NCBI GenBank assembly: GCA_030390025.1
Contig: JASTWF010000337.1
Coordinates: forward strand, 62,001 to 126,000
From: Squalus acanthias
Lineage: Eukaryota
Direction: 5' to 3'
DNA: 64,000 nucleotides
Positions 1-9,338 of the stretch are shown piece after piece (the first letter of the stretch is position 1; every line of letters starts with the position of its first letter). Both the position numbers and the translations under genes were made by a program. The notes under the pieces are model-generated. The model ran no database searches and was not told where the DNA came from. It worked only from the letters and a program-made list of their open reading frames with translations.

Positions 1-1
1 A

Positions 2-451
2 AACAGGGAATGTCCCATAGAAACCCCGACTTTCTGTCTGCACCCTTTAATACCGATGAGATTGGGTAATGAAGAAATTATCGATATCGAGCGAAGAGAA
101 ACGGTTCAGATTAATGTGGCTGACGGCCTGAAAGGAAACTTGGAGAATTACTTTGGAAAATATGACATCAGTATCCAATTAGAGAAGGAACATTTGATTA
201 GGATCAAGCATCAGCTTGAACTGATACATCAGACTTACATACGAGTGGAACAGAACACACAGGAAAATGGCAAGGACATAAAGAGCATCAAGATAGACAC
301 ATGGTGGGATGAAATATGGAATTGGGGTACAAATGTCAATATACACCCATGGATTAGAATATTCTCACACATTACAGTTATTCTAATTACTGTAATATTC
401 CTGTGTCTGTGTGTCACCTGGAGAAGTATGATGAGATTGGAAAAAGATTGA
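2..451 (+). CDS. env: C-terminal part of an Env/fusion glycoprotein of an LTR element (5' end outside window)
   Basis: Frame is open from base 2 (NRECPIETPTFCLHP...), followed by a heptad-like stretch, WWD..P.WIRIFSH and a hydrophobic TM segment. It parallels the Env C-terminus at 3832-4330 (CPVSDSSFCFKP...WWD..PSWIRIASH). A PPT and LTR follow. Confidence 0.8.
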   Translation, partial: NRECPIETPTFCLHPLIPMRLGNEEIIDIERRETVQINVADGLKGNLENYFGKYDISIQLEKEHLIRIKHQLELIHQTYIRVEQNTQENGKDIKSIKIDTWWDEIWNWGTNVNIHPWIRIFSHITVILITVIFLCLCVTWRSMMRLEKD

Positions 452-557
452 AGGGGCGACTCGGAATGATGGAGACGGGGCAAGTGATGAAGATGGAAGA
501 CCGGAGGAGGCTACTAACTACGAAAGGTGATCAATATAATCGATGATTAAAATGATC

Positions 558-568
558 AAAGGGAGGAG
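558..568 (+). promoter_or_regulatory. Polypurine tract of LTR element 1
   Basis: AAAGGGAGGAG lies immediately before TGTAGAA, about 110 nt after the env stop. Confidence 0.75.
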
Positions 569-1372
569 TGTAGAAATATGAACTGGTGCCTTTAGAAAAT
601 GGTCGAGGACTGCGAAAACTGCAGCCAGTGAGATCTCAAATAAACAAAACCTTGAAGCTGGGGGCCTAGGGCTGCTCAAATAACAGAGTTAACAGGCCTG
701 CAAGAGATGACAAGCTTGCAGGATGATCGAGTCTACAACAATAATTAACTCAAGATAAGGGTGACAATCTAGTCTAACGGTTGAGCAGTCGCAAACCACA
801 TAATAAGGGACCTCTGGAATTCCCTAACCGACCAAGGATACCGATTGGCTAAGGATGAACACATCTCAGACAAAATGGCCGAATCTGCACACGGCACGCC
901 TTGACCATTCTGTTGTGATGATCACAGAAGCTGTGAGCTAACTGTCAAGAGGTCTCATGACTGATTAGAGCAACCTTGTGCAAACGGTCTTATCGGTGGG
1001 GGGGGGGTGGGGGGGGGGGCACATAGGTAGTAAAAATATCGATATAAAAGAAGGGAGCCAAGAGCTAGTTTAGCAGCGAGAACCTGGGAATCACACTTGA
1101 GAAGGGAGGAGCCACAAGTCTGGGACTTGTTGTAGGACACCAGCGCGAAGGCTGATCAACTTTCAAACGGGTAATATTGTTTCAAGCTAGCACACATGGG
1201 AAGTGAGCCCTGTGTCATTTTCCTTGTAAGTTATTCAAACAACTTGTTAACCAATGAAGTACTGAATGTATGCAACTTACTGAGGCCGACCGACATTTGA
1301 CACTCTGAACTAAGAATCATAATTGTTGAACTGTTGTTGAGCTGACTACTTATTACTAGCTCAATAGATACA
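569..1372 (+). mobile_element. 3' LTR of env-bearing LTR element 1 (right boundary approximate)
   Basis: Starts TGTA directly after the PPT. Best end is ...GATACA at 1372, after which a Harbinger-like reading frame resumes. TATA-like GATATAAAAG at 1041-1050. The partner LTR is not in the window. Confidence 0.6.
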
Positions 1373-1374
1373 GT

Positions 1375-1704
1375 GAATTCGGGACAATACTGACCCATGA
1401 GGGAGGTGTTGGTGGCAGGCAACAAGGAAGTGTGGGCTCCTCTCCAAGCGCTCACACTGCCATGCCACTGCGGAGCCCTTGATCAGAGCCCCACCAGAGT
1501 CCTCACCCAACTGAGATTGGCGTCTCAGCCCCTGCACAGACGCAGGAGTAGCAAACTGTTGCCGAGCCCTCCCAGGATCGCAAACCCAGAGGATGCCCGC
1601 CAAAGGTGTCGAAGCAGCAGCAGCATGAAAGTGAGCAAGGTGCCTCCACATCTGCGGAAGCACCACGTAGAAGCACGCATAAGAGGAAGATAAAGCACAA
1701 ATAG
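1375..1704 (+). pseudogene. C-terminal remnant of the probable Harbinger accessory (Myb/SANT-type) ORF
   Basis: Single frame with two internal stops, ending ...AEPSQDRKPRGCPPK...PRRSTHKRKIKHK*. It converges on the transposase, as Harbinger second ORFs can. The Myb domain itself is not in the window. Confidence 0.45.
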
Positions 1705-1959
1705 TCACAAGGGTAGTCACTTGGGTGTTCTGTTCTGTTGTCTTTTGTTCTGTTTAATATTTGCCATTGTCATCCTTTTGTGTATGTATTAAACAAAAGT
1801 GATGGCAAACAGTTGAAGTTCTGGCCTATGTGTTCTGGAAAATGGAAGTTGCACATTGATGGCTCAGGGCGACTGGCATTTGTAATGATGGTGGTGAGAG
1901 TGATACATTGTGTATGATCTGTTAAGAAGGTGCCAGCCACATGTATTTGATTCATCTAC

Positions 1960-1998
1960 CTAAGCGAATCTGTCAAAGATTAGTGCATCCCTTGCATC
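1960..1998 (-). pseudogene. Displaced C-terminus of the Harbinger transposase
   Basis: Reads DARDALIFDRFA*. Removing 1999-10722 and one CATC copy joins it in frame to ...[10 protein letters not shown] from 10723-10752. Confidence 0.85.
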
Positions 1999-3382
1999 TG
2001 TAAGGGGTTACGGTTCAGGGTGCTTGTGCGAGGTTAGGCCTTCTTGCTTGCTCTGGTCTCCAGCCAGCCTTGTTGCAATAAGCACCTGTGAGTGGTTCGA
2101 CCCACTCGCCCTTACGGTTCTAACACTGGACTTAGGTGCGAGAGCAGTAATGCATTGAAAACTCAAATAGACCCGGTTGAATAGTACGAAATGGAAATCT
2201 TTATTGCATAACGTCCAAAATCATGAAGTACATGTCATAGGCACAAATTAATGACAGTACAAGTATACATACATTCATAAAACTTGGTCTAGGGTAATGA
2301 GGATCGCACGGCACATTGTAAAAAGGGGAACACATTATATTTATCCTTAATAAAACCACCCTCCCCTATTAATACCTACACTAATCTAGATTTGTAAGAT
2401 CGAGGAAACATGCTCACCACTCGTGATACTTCGGAGAATTTTTAAACGAGGCACTCGGCTTGTTTCGCTGCAACACCTGACTGTCACGTGTTGGAAGGGG
2501 TCTCTGTACCCCACTTGTTTATTTTCGCTGCTCCGGCAAGCAGGCTGGGCTCCCCGTTGTCATGAAGAACTCGACAGTGCTCGGACACGGTTGTAGAAGT
2601 CCAGAGAGACAATCAAAAGCTCACCAGTCAAGCAAGTCCATGAAGCGGCAAGCGAATAAGAGTTCAGCAGTCATCAGCCAGATAAGAGACATAAGCAAGA
2701 GTTCAGCCCGAGTCAAGATTCGAATCAAGAGAATAAGCCTTTGATGAACATTTGTTCACTATAGTTATAGTGCTGTGTTCCCTTATCTCCCGCTCAAATC
2801 TTGATGTTTATCCTTTGTGTAATACTGGTGCACAAAACTCCCAGCATGGGGCGATTCTTTCCTTTAATGGGTTTCGGTAGCACCTTAAACTGGCCAACTA
2901 CCCGTTAATGCTTTCCCCATTGTCGAACCGGCTAGGAGTCTCCCTGACTGGTTTTGGGGCCTTCTCGAATACTGACTTAATCACCCGTGAATGGCTCTCT
3001 CATTGTAGAGCCGTGGGGGTAGTTGTGGATTGATGTATCTGGATGGGCCTTCGATTGCCCAGTACAATGGTCCTTACTTGTGCATGGAAAACGATTCCAG
3101 CACTTATCTCTTGCTATTGTGTCGAATGCAGACAGGTTGCATCCTGTCTTTATCAGTGTTTGCTGCGTATTAGCCAATCTTTACTGAAATGTTTATTCGA
3201 ACGCCATTTTGTCTGCCCACTGAAATTCTGGAAGCTTCTGCCACGAGGTGCGGTGGCCATTTTACAGGCTTCTTGTGTCCGTTTTTTGAACCTGACAGCA
3301 TTTTGCTGAAATAAAGCTGTTTTACGAAACTGTATGTCTCTTTCTCATTATTTTGAAATCGCGATAATTTGCGAATTCTACA
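1999..3382 (-). repeat. 3' LTR (1384 bp)
   Basis: Direct repeat of 9339-10722 with about 12 substitutions by eye and no indels. AATAAA on the minus strand at 2200-2205. Confidence 0.95.
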
Positions 3383-3394
3383 GTCCCTCCTGTT
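3383..3394 (-). promoter_or_regulatory. Polypurine tract of LTR element 2
   Basis: Minus-strand AACAGGAGGGAC immediately precedes the TGTAGAA start of the 3' LTR. Confidence 0.65.
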
Positions 3395-3831
3395 GATGCG
3401 AATAACTCCGCTTATCGTATCAATTAAAAATGGTGGTGAGCAACATTATCTCGATTCTCCATATCCAAATACTCCCTTGACTTAAAACTATCTAGGGTCT
3501 CCGTGTCGTCCTTATTTCCCAGGGAAAAATTCCATTTTTATAAAACCATAGGCAGTATTTGCCTTTAACTTACACCGCGTGTATGTCCTCCAGGTGTAAC
3601 AGGCCGATGCCTCTTGCACCACCTGTATAAGCATGATTTTTATTATTCAAGGAAAAGAAAAACAAAACAATCAAACAACCATAATTCAACAACACAAGAT
3701 TAAAAATAATCAAAACAACTCTTAAACATACAGAGTTCCAAACTTAGTTACAGGTTCTAAGAAAAATAACAATCAATTAAACAATTTCGAGACACACATG
3801 GAAAAAACTGGAGTGGCGCCACTCTGGCCGT

Positions 3832-6151
3832 TTACGCGGCGCCTTCTTCGTGCATGCGCACGTAACGCTCTCGCCACTCTCCTGTGTTTTCCTGCTTGGT
3901 GAGGCGCTTGCCCCTCCTGCAATGTACGACCAATAGGTACACTACAATTATGACCTGGCATACAACTAAAATGTGGGAGGCTATTCTAATCCAGGAGGGC
4001 ACTTCAATGTTGGTGAACAGATCCCACCACGGTGGGATTACTATGTCTAGGATCTCTGACCCTATCTCGACGGTCTTTTGCTCAAGGGTATAAAAATGTT
4101 TTTGCGATACCGCGACGGCTTTCAAAAGCTTGGTGAGGTGTTCAGGGAGAGGGGGAATGAGGTATCCGAAATGCGCGACGAATCGCTGCAAGTCGGTGAA
4201 ATTCTCTTTTACTGTTAGATGAACAGTGGATGGTTCAGGGATCGGGACAATTCGCTGCTGTGCCACTTGAACTTCAGCCCTGGGTTTAAAACAGAAACTG
4301 CTGTCACTCACCGGACACCGGCTGCGGTTTCCATGCTGGTAGTGTTGCGCTGCAGTGGTAATGCAATACGTTCCACCCCCTATGTATGCCACCTGCGGAG
4401 GCACATGATCTTGTGCCATTGCCTCCATGGTGCAATTCATGGGCTTGGCGCCAGCCGTTCTGAACCCACACTGTGGTGATAAAAAGGTATTCAAGTGCTG
4501 GGGACACAGGATTATGTGTGCTCCCCTGCCACGACAACCAGAGAGATCTGTACCTGTCATCGTTTGCTCCCAGCGGATGACGTAAGGTGGGACCGCTGCG
4601 TAGCGAATGTGGGCTCCCCCCTGAATGACACCAATGTTCTCTACCCGATACACCGGGGCGGGCTTTGCTGTGTCGCCCAAAACCGACATACGTAAAACTA
4701 TACCCATAATGGTATGGTTTGATCGTCCGCAGTCCACGGGGACTGGGTATGCTTCTGAGGCTAGCCTGAGCTGGCACGGGCTTAATGCGTTCTGAAAAGG
4801 GTGGAGTGCCTGCAGGTGTTTGTTACTTATCCAGGACGGGACCAAACCTTGTTTTAAATCCTCCAAATTACTGCGGCCCTCGCCCAGTAACCACGCCCCG
4901 TATAGGACGCATTCCGATCTTCCCTGATCAGGGCATTTACCGTACGCTCGTGTTTCTCCAGCTCTGCTATAATTTCCTTTAAGTGTAGCGTCATGGCCTG
5001 GTCTTCATGTAACCCCGACCCAACCACCTTATTTTCGTCTGTAAGAATATTTTTTAATTGTGTTTTTAAACCATTAATCTGGGTCTGCAACTCCACGTTG
5101 TCTGGAGCATTGACCACAGATGTTCCTGTATTAAAAGCGGTGAACATATCGTTCACAATACCCCTTCTTTGTCTCCCCACCTGGCCCAAAACTTCGTGTG
5201 GTGTGGCGTACAAGCTTGTCTTGTCAATCTCTGCAAAATCAAACTCGTAGAATTGTCTAAACATATTGGTCAACAGGACTTGATATAACTGTTCCGTCTC
5301 TTTGGGGCACCACTTTGGCAACCGCACCTCGGTGAGGTTTAAAATCACCGAGGCCACCGCGTAATGTACCCCCTGAAATAGTATCTGGTCTGTTGGGACC
5401 AGTACCAAACCATTCCCGGGCCCCTTAGTGGTTTTAGGGCACCCTTCCTCCTGAGCCAAAACCACCGGAATCGTGGGCGGGGCCTTGCGTGGGCGCGTGA
5501 TGAGTTCAGTGGCATTTACCGGGATCGGAGAGTATGGGGCTCCGCACCCCCTGGTGCTGACATCCCACCTCATCCCTTTCCCGTTGTCCTGCCACTGGTT
5601 TACGAAAAATATGGAGATGCCTTTGGGGCAAACGTGCTTTGACCCCCACATACATACATAAATTCCCTCATCGGTTCCCACCATTTGTCCCAACAGACTT
5701 TCAATTGTCCGTTAGTCCCCGTAATTGTCCGATGGGTATTATTACCCAAGCGCTCCCACTCAACCGAGGAATTTCTCATATTCTTGTTCAATTTCCGTAG
5801 CCACCACCATCGGCTCAATGGGACATTCCCTTTACAAGTCAAACAAATCCTTTTGCCGACGGTGACTCTGATCCTGGGTGCAATGATCCTCACTTTGGGG
5901 CACATCAAAGAAGTCTCTTTGTAGGCAAATCCCGATGTACTGGAGTATTCAGTTGAATTCGTTCCCAGCCATCCTGGCCACCTTCCCTTGTGGAAATAAG
6001 TGGCGGTCTCCTCAGCCTCTCGCCTCCCGGTCCCATCCGTCGCGATGGGGGCCGTGTCCCCGGAGCAACCAAATACCACGACATCCTTGGTGCGGCCTCG
6101 ATAGGCCAATCCACATCCAAATGCCGCGAGCACTACCAGAATCCGTTCCAT
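3832..6151 (-). pseudogene. env: Env: class I (F-like) fusion glycoprotein with signal peptide and putative Ig-like domain; two frameshifts
   Basis: Signal peptide MERILVVLAAFGCGLA (ATG at 6151); furin site RQRR (5174-5163) followed by GIVNDMFTAFNTGTSV and a heptad region; Cys-rich region; TM at about 3920-3990; short tail. Split over track ORFs 5600-6268, 4854-5693 and 3832-4866, with frameshifts near 5677 and 4905. Confidence 0.85.
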
Positions 6152-6460
6152 CCTTCCTTGGTTCCTGTGATCAGATAACATGAGGTAGCCAGCCTCCCAA
6201 GAGTCTCTGGCTTTTGTGAAGGGTGAGCGGGTCCCCTGACCTCGCCTCACGTAAGAAGACATGTGCACTGGATAGATCTTTTAACTAAACCTAATCTAAA
6301 CTCACTCCCGTCATTTATCTTTTACTTATCAAAATTAAACTATAAGACTTAACCTGATTAAAACTGTAAACTTAGACTTATAAACTTACAAACTTTAACT
6401 TAAACTTCTAACTTATCCTTAACTTATAAACTGTACAGCGCCGCCCGTTCCCAGGGCGGC

Positions 6461-7543
6461 CTAGCTAAATTCTTCGAAGGCTGCCACGAGCTTTTCCCAG
6501 TGGTGGGAGGGCACTGACCCCTTCCTTTGATCTGCCGCAGCCTGTCGCTGCTGCGCTGGGACTGGGATCTCCCTGGGCTGCCTTGACCTTGAACTTACGC
6601 CTGGGGGCGTACGGGGACTTGACCACGCCTTCCTGGGCTGGGGTGTCCGACCTGATCTACGGAGGGCTACATTGGACAAGGTTTCCAGGGCCGACGGACC
6701 GGGTACCGAGACTTCCACCGTCGCGGCCTGTGGTCCCACCACAGCCGCTGGCTCCGTCTCCCCTGGCTCCGCCTCCCTGAACTCGGGATTTGCAGTTTCT
6801 GGTACCACCCTACTTGGCCCAGTATGTGGTCCTCCACTCACAATCCCTACCTCCCCCAAGGGCAAGACTTCCAAGGCTGACGGACCGGGTTCCGAGACTT
6901 CCACTGTCACGACCTGTGGTCCTACCACAGCCGCTGGCTCCGTCTCCCCTAGCTCCGCCCCCCTGGGCTCAGGACCTGCAGTTTCTGATTCCACCCTGTG
7001 TGGATCTCCACTAGCAATCCCTATCTCCCCTAAGCTTGAGTCAAGGACGAACCTTTCGTCCTCCGATCTCAGCACCTCTCCGATCGGGTCACTATCTTGT
7101 TCGAGCTCCTCGAGCTCTCCCTCATCGGAATCCCGACACCAAGAAAAGATCCTACACTTTTCTAGAATGTCCTCTCCCCTCAAGCAGGCTGCTTTACCGG
7201 TCTGTGTGCCCTGCTGTCCTGCTTGGGGCTGAGAGTCCCCACTCGCAGGTCTGGCCCCTCCCCTAAGACAGGCCACCGCCCCTGCTTGTGCATTCGGTGA
7301 AATCTCACCTGCTGGAGGCTGCAGATTTCTATTCTGTTTTAAATCCTCATACTCCCTGCTCCTGGCTACCCTATAGGCTGCTTTTATGTCTCTAAGCTGC
7401 CCTTCTAGCCCATCTATTTTCCCCATTAAGCGGGCGTTCTCCTCCCGCAAGGCCTGCTCTTTTAACCTGGCCTCCTTACAGGAGACCCCCTCCTGTGCGC
7501 GTCTTTCAAGGGGACACAGGTAGGCAGGCTGCACCGGTTCCAG
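6461..7543 (-). CDS. Unknown ORF3 in the pol position: coiled coil, acidic Pro/Glu-rich tandem repeat, basic tail
   Basis: Open frame of about 360 codons starting directly after TGA at 7546-7544, with no ATG until the M of RLMGK at about codon 40. Contains two copies of an ~60-aa repeat (...GETEPAAVVGPQ..TVEVS.PGPSALE). Confidence 0.65.
   Translation of the reverse strand: MEPVQPAYLCPLERRAQEGVSCKEARLKEQALREENARLMGKIDGLEGQLRDIKAAYRVARSREYEDLKQNRNLQPPAGEISPNAQAGAVACLRGGARPASGDSQPQAGQQGTQTGKAACLRGEDILEKCRIFSWCRDSDEGELEELEQDSDPIGEVLRSEDERFVLDSSLGEIGIASGDPHRVESETAGPEPRGAELGETEPAAVVGPQVVTVEVSEPGPSALEVLPLGEVGIVSGGPHTGPSRVVPETANPEFREAEPGETEPAAVVGPQAATVEVSVPGPSALETLSNVALRRSGRTPQPRKAWSSPRTPPGVSSRSRQPREIPVPAQQRQAAADQRKGSVPSHHWEKLVAAFEEFS
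6675..7035 (-). repeat. Two-copy imperfect ~180-bp tandem repeat inside ORF3
   Basis: The block GACGGACCGGGT.CCGAGACTTCCAC...CAGCCGCTGGCTCCGTCTCCCCT occurs at 6693 and 6879 (offset 186) with the frame preserved. Confidence 0.85.
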
Positions 7544-9334
7544 TCAGAAGTCCGGGTTGCATGGGGCCGTTGCTACCTTCCCGTGTGAAATCATAAGGCT
7601 CCCAACATTGATTCTATCGCATCGGGATGGATAGGCACACCAGCTCCTCTCTCAGAGACAGGCGCTTGGGTTCGGGCTGCGGGATTTTTATCCCTGGGGT
7701 CCTTCCAGGGGTTCCTACAGTTCTTACGCCAGTGACCTGTCTTCCCGCACCCGTAACAAGCACCACTGGCTTGTGGGGCGCGGTTTCCCTCCTGATGCCA
7801 CTCTTTTTTGGGCCGGGGCCGCGGGCCGTGCCTCATGCACCTTTCCCTTAAGGGGACGCGCTCCCGTGCTCCTAGTGTTCCGATATCCTGTCGTGAGTCG
7901 ATTTAGGACCGACTCCTCTGTTGTGGCGGGGTTAGTGGGATCAAACCACGCTTTGGCCTGCTCCCTGACGGCTGGCAAACTGTTGGCTACTAAACACCTG
8001 AGCCAATGAGTTAAACCGACACCATCCAGATCGTCGCGCGCTGGCGCACCTGGGCAGCTATGCTGGTATACTGGCCACAGCCTGTCGGCGAAAACCTTCG
8101 GGGGTTCTCCCTCCATCTCAACTGTCTGACCCAATCTAACGAACGGACCTTCGTCGTCCGCCCCCAACACTTCTAGGACCTCGTCCCTTAACTTCTCATA
8201 GGTATTATTTCCCCTCTTGCTCTCGTCTGAGAGACACTGAAGGATCGAGCTGTCTAATGAGAACAACAGCATTTTGGTCTTTTCCGCATCGTCGCAGCCA
8301 TTAATTGCTGCGGTCTGTTCTACCTCCCTGAAGTGTACGGAAGGGTCGTCTGACTCAGACAGCTTCCGTACATGACTAATCATTGCTCTCAGCTGGTGTG
8401 AGCTGTGAGGCAACACAAGCTGGTTCAGGACATCCCCGTTCTCCCCATTGGCTCCGTTCGGGCCCCTCTTGTGACCTGTAAGTGGACACAACGGTCCCGG
8501 CTTCGACACTACCTCTGGGGATTGTTCTACCTCGGGGACCTCCTCTTCTATTTCCACCACTTCCTTCCTTACCCAGGTTGCCGAATAGCTGGGTGGCGTG
8601 GAGGGTGCAGTGGCAAATACCTCCTCTGCTTTGTCTGGTAGGGATTTTGGGAATTCCCTACCCACCTGTGGCTGGTGTGCTGATGGGCTGATGAGGCACA
8701 CCATGCCGTTTGCCTTATTCAGGGCCTCTCTTAGGTTCCCTATCTCCTTCTGGCAAACACTGTGGTCGGCTCCCTCAAGCCTATCCTCGAGGGCCATCTT
8801 ATATGCCGCCATAACTCCCAGCAAGCTTTCTTCTTGGGCTTTTATCTAGTTAGCTAGGCGGACACACCGTTCTCTAATCCTACCCTCGTTTAACTTTGAT
8901 TCCGTGACCTGACACTCTAGGTAATCAATTTTAGCCTCATGGTGGTTGGCTACTATCTGGCGTTCCTGATGTAACGCATTCAAGGATGCAATGAGTTTTT
9001 GTCCTCCCGTGACCTTTTCCTCCATCTCAACCTCCAATTCCCTGATCTGAGCTGCCTGTGCCACAATGACCTGGTCCGAAAGTTGGACTTGCTTCTTGTA
9101 GCACATCAGCCAGACCACTTTCTCTACCGACTTCTTATGCTCTTTACTGTCTGTCCATTTGATGGCTGCGTCTAGCGGACGCTTATCCATCAGCAGGTCA
9201 CTTATCCACCTTTTGGTTAAGTTAACCTTCCCAAACACATAGTCGGCTACCCTCTCATCCATCACATTTCGCCTATTCACACCAGGGTCTAAAACATTAC
9301 TCTCTCGCTGCCAGCCTCGTGCCGCGGTCGCCAT
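7544..9334 (-). pseudogene. gag: Gag (coiled-coil N-terminus, capsid-like middle, CCHC zinc knuckle); one in-frame stop and frameshifts
   Basis: ORFs 8846-9334 and 7724-8824 are in the same frame, separated by a single TAG. The knuckle CYGCGKTGHWRKNC lies in the +1 frame after an A6 run at 7804-7809. The 3' end at TGA 7544 is inferred and needs one more 1-nt correction near 7598. Confidence 0.8.
9320..9333 (-). promoter_or_regulatory. Primer-binding site, tRNA-Arg(UCG)-like
   Basis: TGGCGACCGCGGCA starts 5 nt after the 5' LTR and is complementary to the 3' end ...UGCCGCGGUCGCCA of a vertebrate tRNA-Arg(UCG), recalled from memory and not searched. Confidence 0.75.
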
Positions 9335-9338
9335 TTTC

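Noticed and set aside
994..1019. G-run in LTR 1 as a functional G-quadruplex
   Set aside because: A simple homopolymer tract of unreliable length; no second LTR in the window to test conservation.
2562..3309. Short ORFs duplicated at 9902-10649
   Set aside because: They are duplicated only because they lie in the two LTRs. Short, on both strands, with no recognisable motifs; an accessory gene cannot be excluded but is unsupported.
7800..7815. Programmed ribosomal frameshift at CCCAAAAAAG in gag
   Set aside because: The required shift is +1 and the run is not phased as an X XXY YYZ -1 heptamer. A 1-nt indel is simpler.
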